The notes under the pieces were generated by a model that had not been told where the DNA came from, ran no database searches, and saw only the letters and a list, made by a program, of their open reading frames with translations. The translations under genes and the position numbers were made by a program. Of a stretch of DNA of 64,000 nucleotides, positions 50,341-62,927 are shown piece after piece. Origin of the DNA: Selaginella moellendorffii (lineage: Eukaryota > Plantae > Lycopodiophyta); contig NW_003314325.1 of the NCBI RefSeq assembly GCF_000143415.4, forward strand, positions 776,086-840,085, in the 5' to 3' direction. Every line of letters starts with the position of its first letter. Position 1 is the first letter of the stretch.

Positions 50341-51671
50341 CCGGCCAACAAGCATCTCTCAGACTTTAATGCGAAATGGAAGGGACGCCAGCGTCAAAAG
50401 AGAAAGGCTGCCTGTCGGTTACTTGCCTGAGGTAGCGGAAAACTCTGGGCTTTTGGCGCACTTCTTTCGTATCTTCGACCATTTCCAGCAAAGCCTCGAC
50501 TGCAGCGGAAGGAAAACACGGAAACAAGAGTGAGAAAACAATTCAATGACGTCGGCCAACTGTGACAAGTTGGGCATTTTCTTGTGTCACGTACCTTTGT
50601 ACCTCCGGATACCTCCGTGGCTTCTCTCCGTCCACATAAGAGATCTCTGCGTGCTGCAGCGCTCTAAAATGCGAGAAGATCACTGCTTAGATCCTGCTTG
50701 ACCGTCCACCACATTCTTGTGTCAGGGACCAACAAGCGGGATCTTCCCAATATAAGGAAATCTCTCCAAAAGTTTGCTTGCAGAGCACCCCCTGGAAAAA
50801 GGCTACTGTAAGCATAGCGGGAAACAAATTATTGTGGAAATGGAAAGTAGAAGCTGAGGTGACTACATTAACTACGGTGGAGCATATAAACTAGAGTAAA
50901 ATGTGCAAGGACATGATACCTCTTGAGCATCGTAACAGCATTCCTTCTTCCGTCGTCCTTTTTCGACTTATCTTGGTGTTGTGGCTTGCACAGAGCTGGA
51001 CTCCACGCTCACTCGGTACAATGCTTTCTTGAGAGTTTGGAGCCGCTATTGTCCTTGACTGTGGTTGTTTCCTTTGTGTCCTGTGCATGACAACGCCAGA
51101 ACAAAGTTAGAGATCGTAAATCTGACAGATTACCTCCTTATAGATACAGACCACCAAAGTGCACATTTGATCTGGTTGCAGCGTCCGGCCCTTCGAAAGG
51201 CAAGCCGAGAGAAAAACAAGCACTATACAACAAAACAGATAACTTTATCGATTGCTTTTCGGGCGACCTGCAAGCGCAAATTAAACTCGACCGCGTTACC
51301 CTTCAGGATATTAGTTTAATCGCTTGCAGTTCCGGCTAAAAAATGCTTTCCTAAAAGACAACCAACGCGCAAGTCCCTGCAAGCACACAATTTCAGTAGT
51401 TTCCGCGAGCAAGTTGAGCACCGACACCGTACCTTCGAGTTACTAAAAGACGACAACGATGATCGGATTCTTCATGACAACGGCAACACATTCACCCTAC
51501 TGCCTGGAAAAAATGAGTGTGCACAACAGGGAGCAAAAGAAAGAGAAAATAAAGCCGCAATTGAGGTCATTCCTAAAGCAGAGCAGACATTAGAAATGAT
51601 ACCTCTCACTCTTCTTTCGCTCTCTTTTTGCGTTGTTGTTTGTGTTTTCCTTGCCTTGAATATAGTCGTGT

Positions 51672-53060
51672 TCACTTTCCTTGTAACACTGGAAGTAATT
51701 CCTCTTGCGAGGCTGCCTGTACTGGTTTGAGTTTGTGTTTGTTGTACATCACAACGCCAAAGATAGCTGACATAGGAAGTTAAGTCATAACGGTTGTATG
51801 AGAAAAGAACGATTGGTTCCTTACCGATAACATAGCCAATGATGTTGATGGGAGTAAGTGTCGTGTCTAGGAATACTAGTCCAGAGACCAGCACAACTAT
51901 CCAATCTCTCACAACGCCAGCCACACGGATAGTGAGCGCGCTCGTAGACGATATCACCAGAAACACGGAGATGTTGAGCGCAAAGGTGCACAGGGCGTTG
52001 AGAGACACAACAACGACATCAAAGTTCCAGTGCGTTGAGCTGTCCATCTTCGGCTTCTCTAGCAACAACCAGGGTATGAAGAGGCAAAACGCGCTGAAAC
52101 AAGAACAAAAACAAGAATGGTCATTCTTGGTAGAACGGAAGTACAGGCCTACCTGCAAGGACTCACGTAGTACATCATCGTCAGAGGATCTAGCTTCAAT
52201 CCCTTCCTCTTCAGCATGATCTCGATCAGTATGAGCCGCATTGACTCCCCAACAACCCCGCCAAGCTGATAAATCACTCCAATCCAGTTGAAGTTGATCT
52301 CGCCGTAAGATGCAACCAGCACACCGAAGCTTATTACCGACATGATGAACATCATGCGAAGAGTAAGACTTTCAAGACCAAATGCGGCTCCAAGGAGAAA
52401 AACGGAAACGGGCACTGCAAATACAGCATCAGCACCTTTCGACTACAAAAGATCTATAAGCTTCTTACTTATGGCTTTCAGCATCTGAGCAAAAGCCACG
52501 GAGATATAAAGGTAGGCCGAGTTCCCGAGCCACAAAGTCATCGCAAACATTGCTCCGATGGGAAAAACCGAGGTAGCGTATCTGCGGTTTTGAGAGTTAC
52601 AACACAAAGATTGAAATTCCAAAAACTTTCTTACATTTCCAAAGTCATTCCTTGAGGCAGGGGCACTAGCTGTGCATTCTCATTCTTAGAATTCGAAGAA
52701 CTAACTCAATTTTTTTTTAAAAAAACTCTTACCTTAAAGACATGGATCACAACGAAGCAAAGCACCGATGAGAACACCATGTGTATGAGCGTGAGAGACA
52801 CCGGGAATGGGAAATTGAAATGGTTGGAAGACAGCAGCCACTGCAAATGGAAGAAGGAGAAAAAAAAATTACCAGTCACGGATCGAAGGGAAATTGCGCT
52901 ACCCTGCATTGGAAATTTTCTAAGCTGATCAAACCTTGTTGAAGAAGATCTGGCCGCTGGAAATCACAATGTAGAGAAGAATGTACATGTAGCTCGCGAA
53001 TGCGATCCTCTTCCGCTGCATCGCCGGCGCCTCGCGAGGCGCCAAAGCATCCTTCTCCAT
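51672..53060 (-). CDS. Sugar-phosphate/phosphate translocator (TPT/NST family, At3g14410-like), 7 exons
   Basis: SSGQIFFNK|[71 protein letters not shown]. Confidence 0.93.
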
Positions 53061-53159
53061 CGCAAACAAAAACTATTAGGGTTCTTCCCCACGAGATCTT
53101 TGCCGTTGGTTTCCTTAATCAACTTTTTTTTATCTTTTTTATTGTTTTTTAAACAGAAA

Positions 53160-54407
53160 ATGCGGGGTTCTAATGGGGTTAGGGCTTTGCTCGCGAGATG
53201 GCATTCTTCGCGTTTCATGGCGATGGCGGGAGCTGGCGGCAATGGAGCCGATGTCGCAGCCCTCAATCCCGAGCATGCGATCCGCCAGGAGAAGCGTCAG
53301 ATGCGTACCGCTGTCCGGCGCAAATTGAGGGAATTCGCGGCAGCGCAGCGGCAGATCGAAGGTGAGAAATATTTCTTTACAGGGAAACCCGCTAGGCCTG
53401 CTCTCTAGTCTCACAAATCTGGAAATCTTCTCGATCTTGCAGATGCGGCTATCCAGCACCACGTCCTCGACGCTCCCTGGTTTAAGAACAGTAAAAGACT
53501 GTGCGCCTATGTGAGCTGTGCCGCACTGAGAGAGGTGGACACCACAAAAATCGTCGCTCACATTTTTAATCCCGATGATCCAGGTACGCTCTCTTCTTTT
53601 TCTTTTGTTTTCTCTCTTCGATCTGAGTCCTCTCATCGTGGTCAGGGCAAGCCAAGAAGCTTTATCTCCCCCGTGTACAAGACAAGCAAAGCCATATGCA
53701 AATGCTTCACGTGAAGAGCTACGATGATCTGGTACCGAATTCCATGACGATCCTCGAGCCGGAGCCAGTCGATAAATCTGGAAGCCCAAGAGAAGATGGT
53801 GAGTTCTATTTATTTTTCTTGTTCTTTCTATCAAAACTTTTGTTGTGTGTTTGCAGTTCTAGACACGGATGAGCCTTTAGATCTTCTCCTTTTGCCCGGT
53901 ATGCTTGAAACATCACTATACTTCTTTATTGTTTCGATTCTCTCTTTTTCCTCGGTGTGATGAATTCTCTGTCACTGCAGGCTTGGCTTTCGATTTATCC
54001 GGGCGACGTCTTGGTCGTGGTGGAGGGTAAGAATGTGCATGCATCAATCGTTCGCTCCGTGCTCACGCCGTGCTAACACCGAGCTGTATCGTGTGATCAG
54101 GTACTACGACTGTTTGCTTTCGAAAATACTCGAGTCGAACGAATCAAAAGGCTGGAAACGTCCGTTGCTAGGTACTGAAACCTCTTACGATTGACACTTT
54201 TCTTTTCTTTCAATGATCTCACAAACTTTTTTGCTCGTTTCTCTGCGCCTCGCAGTGGCTCTGGCGTACTCTCCTCAAATCGTCGATGGCTCTGTACCCG
54301 TGGACGAGACCGATGTTCCCGTGGATGCTCTCGTACGAGCCTCTGGCGTGACGGCGATATCGCCATACGCCCGGCAACAAATTCTCACGGACGAAGCAAA
54401 GTTTTAG
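53160..54407 (+). CDS. 5FCL: 5-formyltetrahydrofolate cyclo-ligase, 7 exons, N-terminal targeting-like peptide
   Basis: EKRQMRTAVRRKL, CAYVSCAALREVDT, KLYLPRV, ILEP, LDLLLLP|GLAFDLSGRRLGRGG|GYYD, VPVDETDVPVDALV. Confidence 0.93.
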
Positions 54408-54629
54408 GCTCTGGTGGTACGTTTTTCTTTGAGGCAAACTCTTCGTTGTTTGTTGAGTTTAAATGCATAGGAAATCTCGAATCGACAAAGCAAACTTTAG
54501 AGAATCGCGATTTTAAAGCATCGATTATCAACCATCTTGTTGGTAGATCGCTTGCTTGAAATTTCATGAGTTTAATAGTTTTGCCCTATGGTATTTTACT
54601 ATCGAGTTTTTTAGGGTTTTGGAAATGCC

Positions 54630-55128
54630 ATGGCTGCTGGTGGCGCATTTGGAGGGAGCAGGGGAGTGAAGCCCGTGCCGCCAGAGAAGGGAGTATTTCC
54701 ACTGGATCACTTCCACGAGTGCAAGCCGGTAATTGATCGATCACCATGCCCAATTTCGAGCAAACTTTCTTTCTTCTCTTCTCTTCCAGGCAATGCAAGA
54801 GTATATGCAGTGCTTGAAAAACAACCAAATGCTGGCCGATCGCTGCAAGCATCTTTCGAAGAAATACCTGGAATGCCGCATGGAGAGGTAAGAGATTTCT
54901 CTCGTTTTGTCGTGAATGGTGGCCGAGAGAAGGAAGAATTCTAGGAACTTGATGTGCAAACAGGACCTCAAGGAGCTGGGATTTAGCGAGAACGATGAGA
55001 TTTACGCCAGGCGAGACGACGATCCCGTCGGTGGCGATGGTGGGCTATTTGCTTTCATGAATCAGCCACGAAAAGAAGAAGCCCACATCGCTGGGATTCG
55101 AAGAAAACGCGGCGAGAATCCCCCCTAG
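54630..55128 (+). CDS. COX19: Cytochrome c oxidase assembly protein COX19 (twin CX9C), 3 exons
   Basis: PPEKGVFPLDHFHECKP|AMQEYMQCL..CKHLSKKYLECRMER|NLMCKQDLKELGF. Confidence 0.93.
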
Positions 55129-55347
55129 ATCTTTTATTTCGATCTTTTGCTCTTTCGGTCGAGCAAAGAGGCAAGAACACCAGGAACTCTAGACAATGCA
55201 CAGCGAATTTCTTTCTCTATACAGCATCGTCGGCGTTAAGTCTTTAGTGGATCATCAAAAGCTTTTCTCTTTCTTTTTTTGTGGATTTTCTCTCTCTTTT
55301 TTTTCTTACGGTATGGTGGTGGAGATGATCAGCTTGATCCTCCCCTT

Positions 55348-55713
55348 CTAGCTCTTAAGATGTGGAAAACAAGCGTGAAGATCGACCTTGGGATGCTTCG
55401 CTTCGGCGTGCTCTTTGCATTTCACCTCACTCGTCGTGCACATAAACGTTTGCATACAAATCTTGCACTGCCAAGAGGAAAGATTGGCACGAAAATCCAT
55501 CAAGCGCATCGAGCAATCCAGAAGGAAGAGTTCTCATACCTGGATGTTCATAGCTTTCTTATTGGAATCGAGTTGGCTACCTGCCAGAAACGAGATGGAA
55601 ATCAAGCAAAATTCTTTTCCGAGAAGAAATTGCCCACCTTTGCCGCTCGCCTTGGCCTTCTCCAAGTTCCGATCGCGGGCCATCTTCGATTTCTGCGCAT
55701 TGCCTCCGCCCAT
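55348..55713 (-). CDS. Small 4F5/C2H2 zinc-finger protein (At2g23090/ZNF706-like), 3 exons; not in the ORF track as such
   Basis: MGGGNAQKSKMARDRNLEKAKASGK|GSQLDSNKKAMNIQ|CKICMQTFMCTTSEVKCKEHAEAKHPKVDLHACFPHLKS*. Confidence 0.92.
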
Positions 55714-55925
55714 AGCTGCCGCCGCTCGATCGACCGCTCGCTCCGTCCGCCAATCAAAACCCTAGAACCATGGAGCATCCGCCTTGCCAGGATTTGAGCC
55801 TTGGACGTCCCGGACATGGCATCCGTCCGATCTCGTCCTTCATCCAACGGCCATGATGCAATGCGCATTTCTTGGTGGCGTGGACGGCCATGATCCAAGG
55901 CCGCTGCCAGAACCAGCGGTTGGAT

Positions 55926-56803
55926 ATAAAGGCCAGGCATGGACGTCCATGAGCAAGATGAGATTGCAGTTTCGCAATGGTTTCAAGAAGCATGAGCCCC
56001 AGGTATTTGAGATCATAACCTTTCCAAAGTTTGGCATTGGACAATGCATTTCTCATCCAGACTCAAGGTATGTTTGGAGCTATGGCATTGCGCATTTTTT
56101 ATGGTTTTTATGTTTTTGATAGAGGGAAACATACTGTGGGACTGCATCTCATTTCTAGACAATGCCACACTGGAGATAATCAAGTCACTAGGTTGAGAGC
56201 GATTGCCATCTCTCACACTACAGCACAAACTCTCGTGGGGGCGAGGATTTTGGAGGTGTCCCTGTTTATATCCACGAATGGTATTGTCTACCTTTGTTTC
56301 TGTCTTTCATTTCGATCTCTCTGTATCGATACTTTGGCAGGGATAAGAAATACCAGCACGAAAACGTGAAGTTCTGGGAAGGCAAAACATTCCAGCTACA
56401 GGAGGGGCTCATGCTTTTACATTTAGGTGACCATTCTGCTAGTGCTCAAATCCTCCACTGAACCTCAAGGGAGGGGTGTTTTATTCACTGGAGATATCTT
56501 ACAGGTATAAACTTCTCTCGTTTACAAATTTTTTTTTCATTTTGTTTTCCTCAGTCCATGTTTGATTTGTAAGTGGGGATGGACAACAAAACAGTGAGCA
56601 TAATGAGATCATATCCAAACTATGTACCACTCTTGTCGAGCCATGCTAAAAGGATAGGCCAGTTAATTGAGCCATGGGATTTTGAGAGGCTCTACAGTGT
56701 GTTTTATGACAGAGAGATTGAAGAGAACCCAAAGAGCTGCGTCGTATTCTCTCTGCAAAGGTATATTGATTGGCTCTCTTTGGATGATGCTGCAGCTGCT
56801 TAA
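55926..56803 (+). pseudogene. MBL-fold hydrolase pseudogene, solo copy with a more complete 3' half
   Basis: Keeps KFWEGKTFQLQEGL and SYPNYVPL..FERLYSVFYDREIEENPK..LQRYIDWL. Has frameshifts, a damaged HPHYY motif and a mutated acceptor (TAA at ~56570). Confidence 0.85.
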
Positions 56804-56937
56804 ATATCACAATTATCAATTGGCTCTCAAGTAATTAATCAGACTGAAACTTGAGATGCTTTTCTGATTATGAATTGCCATGACATTGTTTCCAAAGTTC
56901 AGTGGATACATGAGTTTCTTTTTAAGAGATCTTTTGT

Positions 56938-57577
56938 TTAACTTTTTAACTTCTCCAATGTTTATCTTACATTGTCAACTCTTGCAACTTTTTGAAGCAG
57001 ATTGCTTATCATTTTTAATTCATTATACATATGCCTTTTCCTGTTTTTGAATGTGCAGATGACAATTCCATTGTTGCAAACAAAAGGACTCTGGCTTATC
57101 ATCCATAATCACTGTGTGTTTGAGGTCCCACTTTAATCTCAAAAGATTTTTCACAACTTTTCTCCCTTTGACTTCTTTGGTGGAACACAAATCTCTATAG
57201 CAGCGATGGGTGAAGAGATTCCTAGCTGGGTCAAGTTTATCCAAAATCTTGTTTGCATATGGCTTTACTGCTCAAGTAAAAACCATGATCTTTTATATCT
57301 TACTCATCTCATTTAAAAATGTATTCACACCTGGCCTCTTTGCCACAAAGTAGTTCTTCAGTGGAATAGTTTTCCCACTGAAAAACTTGAAGGACATTAT
57401 GGCCTTGTGGGCATGGATTAGTGTCTCCTCTATGTCCAACATAAGCATGGGTTTCTCCTCCAAAGCTGATAGTAGTAATAGAGAATTGTGTGTCACTTTT
57501 ACCTTCTTGTTCTTGTCTTTGGTGGTGATGTCAAACATTGCAAAACTCCAATTTCCATATTCTCTTGCCCTCTTCAT
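56938..57577 (-). pseudogene. Diverged NIF phosphatase pseudogene
   Basis: MKRAREYGNWSF..DIEETL (second Asp lost); in-frame stops and a frameshift split it into 94- and 73-aa ORFs. Confidence 0.9.
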
Positions 57578-57809
57578 GACTCTTGAAAAAAGAAAAGAAA
57601 AGAATGCAAGCCCTAAGTTAAAGAATCTTTGTTAATACACTTTAGTATCATTCTAGCCGAGCAGCACATAGAAATTAGACCGTGATGCCAACTCCAGCAC
57701 TGAGAGTCGACTTGGTGTCATGGGCCAGTGCCAGCACATCGCAAGCACGCTCGTAAAGACGACATTGCACTCTCCAGGATGATCCTATGGAGTTATGTGC
57801 CACCAAGTC

Positions 57810-59140
57810 TCACTCTGGCATTCTCTCGAACCAAACTTGAAGGAGTCCCTTGCGAGCAAGGCCTGCCACCATTGCCATCCAGGCGATTGCATCACGCTCC
57901 TTGATCGCCTGGAAGAGGCTTATCACTTCTTGTTCCAGAGATGAGCATTGTGCTTGCTATCGTAAGGCATTCAATAGAAAATAAACTTTGAATTTTAAAC
58001 ATGGAGCATATGAATCATTGTCGCCCAAGAAATCTCGTTGCAGTGAGCCATCCTTTGGAATGAATCTAGTGCCTTGTCAAATGCCAATTTGCACAAAGCA
58101 CAAGGCCACCACTGTTAGAGGTAGAGATGATGTGGCATCTAGTTATGCCTACATGGTAGTAGTTTCATCCATATACACTTGAATACATAGAGAAAGTTCT
58201 TCCTTGTGTGCATCTCTCTGCTGCTAACAACCACATCTTTGTTTGCCAGCCTCTCAAACAAAGCTTAAGCCTCTTCCACAGTCATGAGATGCATAGGTGT
58301 CAATCATAGCCGTAAATGCCACCTCATTACGATCCGGGGCATCTTCAAAGACTCTTTGCTTTCTCCATATGCCCTGCCTGGGCATATGCTGTGACCATGG
58401 TCGTCCATGTTACTACATTCCCTGTGGGCATTCTATCAAAGAGATCTCTAACTTCATCCAGCCGCTGGTTCTGGCAGTGTTCTTGGATCATGGCCGTCCA
58501 CGCCACCACGTCCTTTTGGGGCAGGGAATCGAACACCTCACGCGCGCGCCTGAGAGATGCCCGTTATGGGCATATACCACGATCGTGGCCGTGCTAGAAA
58601 CGAGGGTTTGCTCCGGCATGGAGTGGAATACCGCTCCGCCTCGCCGAGATGGCCTCTCTGCGAGTACATCTCGATCATCGCGTTCCAGATGATGGAATTC
58701 TTGGCAGGGATGCGATCGAAGAGCTGCTTGGCGCGCGGCACGTCCCCGGCCGTGGCGTATGCCGAGATCATGGCGTTGCTGGACACAATCTCCTGCCGCG
58801 GCATGCTTTCCAGGACCGATCGCGCCTGCTCCAGGTCGTGGTTGCGAATGTAGGCCTGGAGGATGAGAATCCAAGAGGAGAGATTGGGATCCGAGGTAGA
58901 ATCGAAGACCGATCGCGCTTCCTCAGGCAGCCGCAGCGGCCATACATCTGGACGAGGAGATTTCGCTGGAGGACGCTGTTCTTGTGGTCGCTGTGAAGGA
59001 TCTGGGCGTGGATTCCATCGCTGGGATTGTCGCAAGATCTGACGAGGGCGGCAAGCAGTTAGACGCCAGGAACGCGCATCGCATCATGGCCGTTGGATGA
59101 TGGACGGGGTGGGACGTCCGAGGTTCAAGTCCTGGCTTCA
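57810..59140 (-). pseudogene. PPR pseudogene, solo copy, less deleted than the array copies
   Basis: LEQARSVLESMPRQEIVSSNAMISAYATAGDV, FDSLPQKDVVAWTAMIQ, NVVTWTTMVTAYAQAGH; frameshifted. Confidence 0.9.
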
Positions 59141-59800
59141 ATGCTCCAGCCAAGAATCGAATGAGGATGTTTTTGTGTCATATATGAACATCTTGCAAGA
59201 CTCACATTGTCAAATTCACACTAAGCTGTGCCTCTACATCTTTTGATTGAGTTTACATCTCGAGCAGAATCCCTCCCATTGCATTGCCATCAAATTCCAG
59301 TGTTTGAAGTTTTAGCATACATTAACTTTGATACCAACCGATAATTGTGATACTTGAGCAGCAGAGTCTTCCAAAGAGAGCCAATCGCTATATCTTTGGC
59401 GACGGAGCTCTTTGCGTTATCCCTGTCTTGATTGAAACGCTAGAGCCTCCCAAAATCCCATGGCTCGATTAGCTGTAGCATGGCTTGCCTAGAAGAGGTA
59501 TCGACGTTGAAGGGAAGGACGTGGTGGCCTGGAACTCTATGCTGTGCGCATATGCCGCGAATGGTTTCTTCGAAATGATAGTTCACCACGACAAGATATT
59601 TTGGGCAACACTAGAAACCATTTTGAAAATCCAAAGTTTCTCTTTGATATCCTCTGCCACCTCCAATCCTCTCCAGGGCATGATGCAATCGCCTGGACGG
59701 CAGTGGTGGCGGGCTTAAAGTTGGTTCGAGAGAATGCCACTGCGAGACTTACAAAAAAAAAACACTTTTTTACTCAAACAGTAGATCCCAAGCCTTACAG
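58578..59800. repeat. Left arm of a long imperfect inverted repeat
   Basis: Reverse complement of 62922-64000 (e.g. ACTCAAACAGTAGAT..AAGCCTTACAG vs CTGTAAGGCTT..ATCTACTGTTTGAGT). Confidence 0.9.
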
Positions 59801-61134
59801 TCTAGATCAAAATATGAACACTCCTTACATGCCATTCTACTATGGATTTTTCAGTTCACTATAGCTCACTACTTTTGTATGTTCCTTACCCTGGTAGATT
59901 TATTTACAAATCAAGAGAATACAACATGGCAACCATGTGCATCCCGCTTGTATATCCCTTAATCCTGGCTCTTAGTTGCAAGAGAAGTCTTACCTTCTAG
60001 CTAGCTGCTAGCTTCTTTGAGGAGTCCTCTCTCGACATACCCATTCAGCAAAGAAATCCATGAGATTGAGTTCCTCAATGTCAAAGGTGTTATCTTCGGA
60101 AATAATGTTGAGATTTGCCTTGGTAATCAAGTAGATTTGAGACATAAATTCCATCAAAGCATTAACCAAGAAACCACTGTGTGCATGAGCTCATTCACTT
60201 AAACAATAAGATTATTAAAATCTTAAATTAGTGGAAACTAGACAAATTTGAAGTTGTTTAGCCACTTTATTATACACCTCCTCTTTTTGTGCATGTAACT
60301 CTCATTGGAAGTGTCACCAGGTTTGGGCTTGCCTTATCTTTGGAGTGCCTCCAATATGTACTCTTCTCTATGCACTATCATATTCATCTCAGGCTGTTCA
60401 AGTGAAGAATTGTGCTATAAGAATGATCAGTTTGTTTAGAAAATAGCAAATGCTCCTCAATTGTGAATTAACTATATCTTAATTATCTTACCTGTTGAAT
60501 CACAAGAGTTTAGTGGTTTTTTTTCTTCCACTTCAAGTCTCTTCAGTTTTCTTCAACTAGACCTCAACCTCAACTTTTACATAGGTAGTCTTGAATATCT
60601 TGATCGTAGTTTCAAGAGCTGCTTCATTACTAACCTTAAATGATCAACATCCTCATTGTCCGCATAGTTTTTTAGCCAATGCAGCCTTTGTCTTGACGTA
60701 CAGTACATCACTGGTCGAACATCCAGCTGAGACATCTTGTTCTGATTGCAATGAGGATAATCATGTCATAATTTGTTGAAGTTTATAACAACAAATTAAT
60801 AAGTTGTTAAGAGAAAAAAAAACATTTTGATCAAGATTTTTAAACCATAGTTTTTAATAAAATAAATCACGACCATCAAAAATTTAAAAAACCTAAAATC
60901 TAAACCAAACAAAAAAAATATACTTCTTATGAAAAAGAATAAGCAGCCGATTCACTAATCAGAATTAGTCTGGGAGTTGATCCTGGAAGTTACCTGATTG
61001 CATAGCATTTTTCAGTACATATAAGCTCCTAACCAAAGCCGTTTTGTGTGGGCGAAATCTGTGATCGAGCCTTGGAACCAAAAGATTTTTCTTTCCAGCT
61101 AGCTTTTTTACATAAAACTCTACCTATTTAGTGG

Positions 61135-62415
61135 TCAGTCGTCATATTCGTCTTCCTCGTCTTCATCAGGATCGTCTTCTTGTTTCCTGGATTTGGTGCT
61201 CAAAACCTCCTTGCCTCCTTTCGACTCTTCAATGTCCTTGCGGAGCCGATCCATGTCTGCTTGACGGCGCTTCTCTTCAAGCCTCGCTTTCTCGGCTTTC
61301 TTCTTCTCGAGCTCCACCCTACTCAAGCATGCTCGTTTGATAAACCCGAAGAGCGAAAAAAAAAAAAAAACAAACACCAAGAAAGACTTACAAGTAGCCT
61401 GTCCTGTACTCCTCGGCACTCTCCTTCACCGCCTTGAAAAACTCCACCATTCCGGATCCAGTGATGGCTGAAACCCCCACCGATCGAAGGTTGTTGTAAA
61501 ACTCGTCCAAGACCAAGCACAGGCTCTTGCTGAGAGACGCAGCATACGAAGTGTCCGACTCGACTGCTAACTGAAAAGCCTCGAAGTCTTTCATCCACTG
61601 CACCGAGAAAAGCTCTTTGAAACACGCGTCTCAACCTGGCAAGCAGAAAGGTACCTCGAGAGCGAACTGGTGCTTCACCACGTCCGTCTTGTTAAACGTG
61701 ACAATGAACGGCAGCTGCGTCTTGTAGAGAATGCTGCAGGCGTAGAGCATGTTGCTCATGAACGTAACTGGGCTGACGGAGCGAGACGTGTCCACAACGT
61801 AGATCACGGACGTCGGAAAGGTGCACGCAAAGGCCTCCGTGACGATCGCGCCCGACGCCGACCAAGTGAAAATCTCGATCTGTCCGGGTGTGTCGATGAG
61901 CACGTAGTCCACTTCGTTGGCTCTCTTCTCCACAAGGCTCACGATCTAAGAACAAAACCAGCAAGTATGATCCGCGAACTCCTTTCGTTTTCAACGCAAG
62001 AAAAAGCACTAGCTCACCTCATCGATCTTCGTCGCGAAGAGATTGAGCGATGTGAGAATCGCTCCATTCGGTCCGAGGCGGTACTCTTTCATCACATTCT
62101 TGTAGTTGACAGTGTCACGGATGTCGATGTTACAGCCGTAAGGTACCGACGGCACCGCGGGATCGAGATTAAGAACGTAGGGCCGCTGCTTCATGGCGTG
62201 GATCTCCCCGACAAGGCGCTGCATCAGCGTCGTCTTCCCACTGCCTACGCAAGGGAGGAGGAGAAAGAGGGAATTTCTCGGCCTGGTGGGAGAGCAATGC
62301 ACTCACCGGCCATTCCGATGACGATCAGCACCACTGGCCTCTTGTCCGACACCTCCATTCTTTCCATCTTGTCGCGCACATCCTCCTCCTCCTCGTCCAT
62401 TCGCTCCTCCTCCAT
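61135..62415 (-). CDS. GPN1: GPN-loop GTPase 1 (XAB1/QQT2-type), 5 exons
   Basis: IVIGMA|[71 protein letters not shown], acidic tail. Confidence 0.96.
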
Positions 62416-62462
62416 CGCTAAAACCCTAGACCTAAAAACCCAGATGACCTAAATCACAAGCT

Positions 62463-62470
62463 CTATAAAT
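62463..62470 (+). promoter_or_regulatory. TATA box of the Gly-rich gene
   Basis: CTATAAAT ~30 bp upstream of ATG 62499. Confidence 0.45.
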
Positions 62471-62498
62471 CCAGCAAAGTTTCCTTTTAAAAACAGCC

Positions 62499-62927
62499 AT
62501 GGCTCAGGTCAAGATGTTAATGGTGGTGGTGGTGATGGTGGCGCTACTGTTGCTCGCAGAGGGAATTGAAGGAAGGAGAGATCCTCTAAGCAGGGGAGGT
62601 GGAGGATCCAAAGGAGGCGATGGATCAAAAGGAAGCGGTGGAGGGTTGAAAGGAGGTGGTGGATCAAAAGGAAGCGGTGGAGGATCCAAAGGAAGCAGTG
62701 GAGGATCGAAAGGAGGCGGTGGATCGAAAGGAAGCGGTGGAGGATCCAAAGGAAGCGGTGGAGGATCGAAAGGAGGCGGTGGATCAAAAGGAAGTGGTGG
62801 AGGGATCTTCCCAAACTGCCCAGTCTGTTCACAAATCATATTTGACGACAGTGGTTCTTCTCGGTGCTCCGCCACCTCCACCGCCACTGCCATCGCTGCC
62901 GCCGCCGCAGCTTTGGCTGTCCTGTAA
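62499..62927 (+). CDS. Secreted Gly/Ser/Lys-rich repeat protein, probable GPI anchor, 142 aa
   Basis: Signal peptide; ~10 GSKG(S)GG repeats with 60-bp higher-order periodicity; CPVC; small-residue and hydrophobic C-terminal tail. Confidence 0.8.
   Translation: MAQVKMLMVVVVMVALLLLAEGIEGRRDPLSRGGGGSKGGDGSKGSGGGLKGGGGSKGSGGGSKGSSGGSKGGGGSKGSGGGSKGSGGGSKGGGGSKGSGGGIFPNCPVCSQIIFDDSGSSRCSATSTATAIAAAAAALAVL

Noticed and set aside
61135-62415. Functional cluster of GPN1 (Pol II biogenesis) with the CTD phosphatases
   Set aside because: Nothing beyond proximity; the intervening genes are unrelated housekeeping genes
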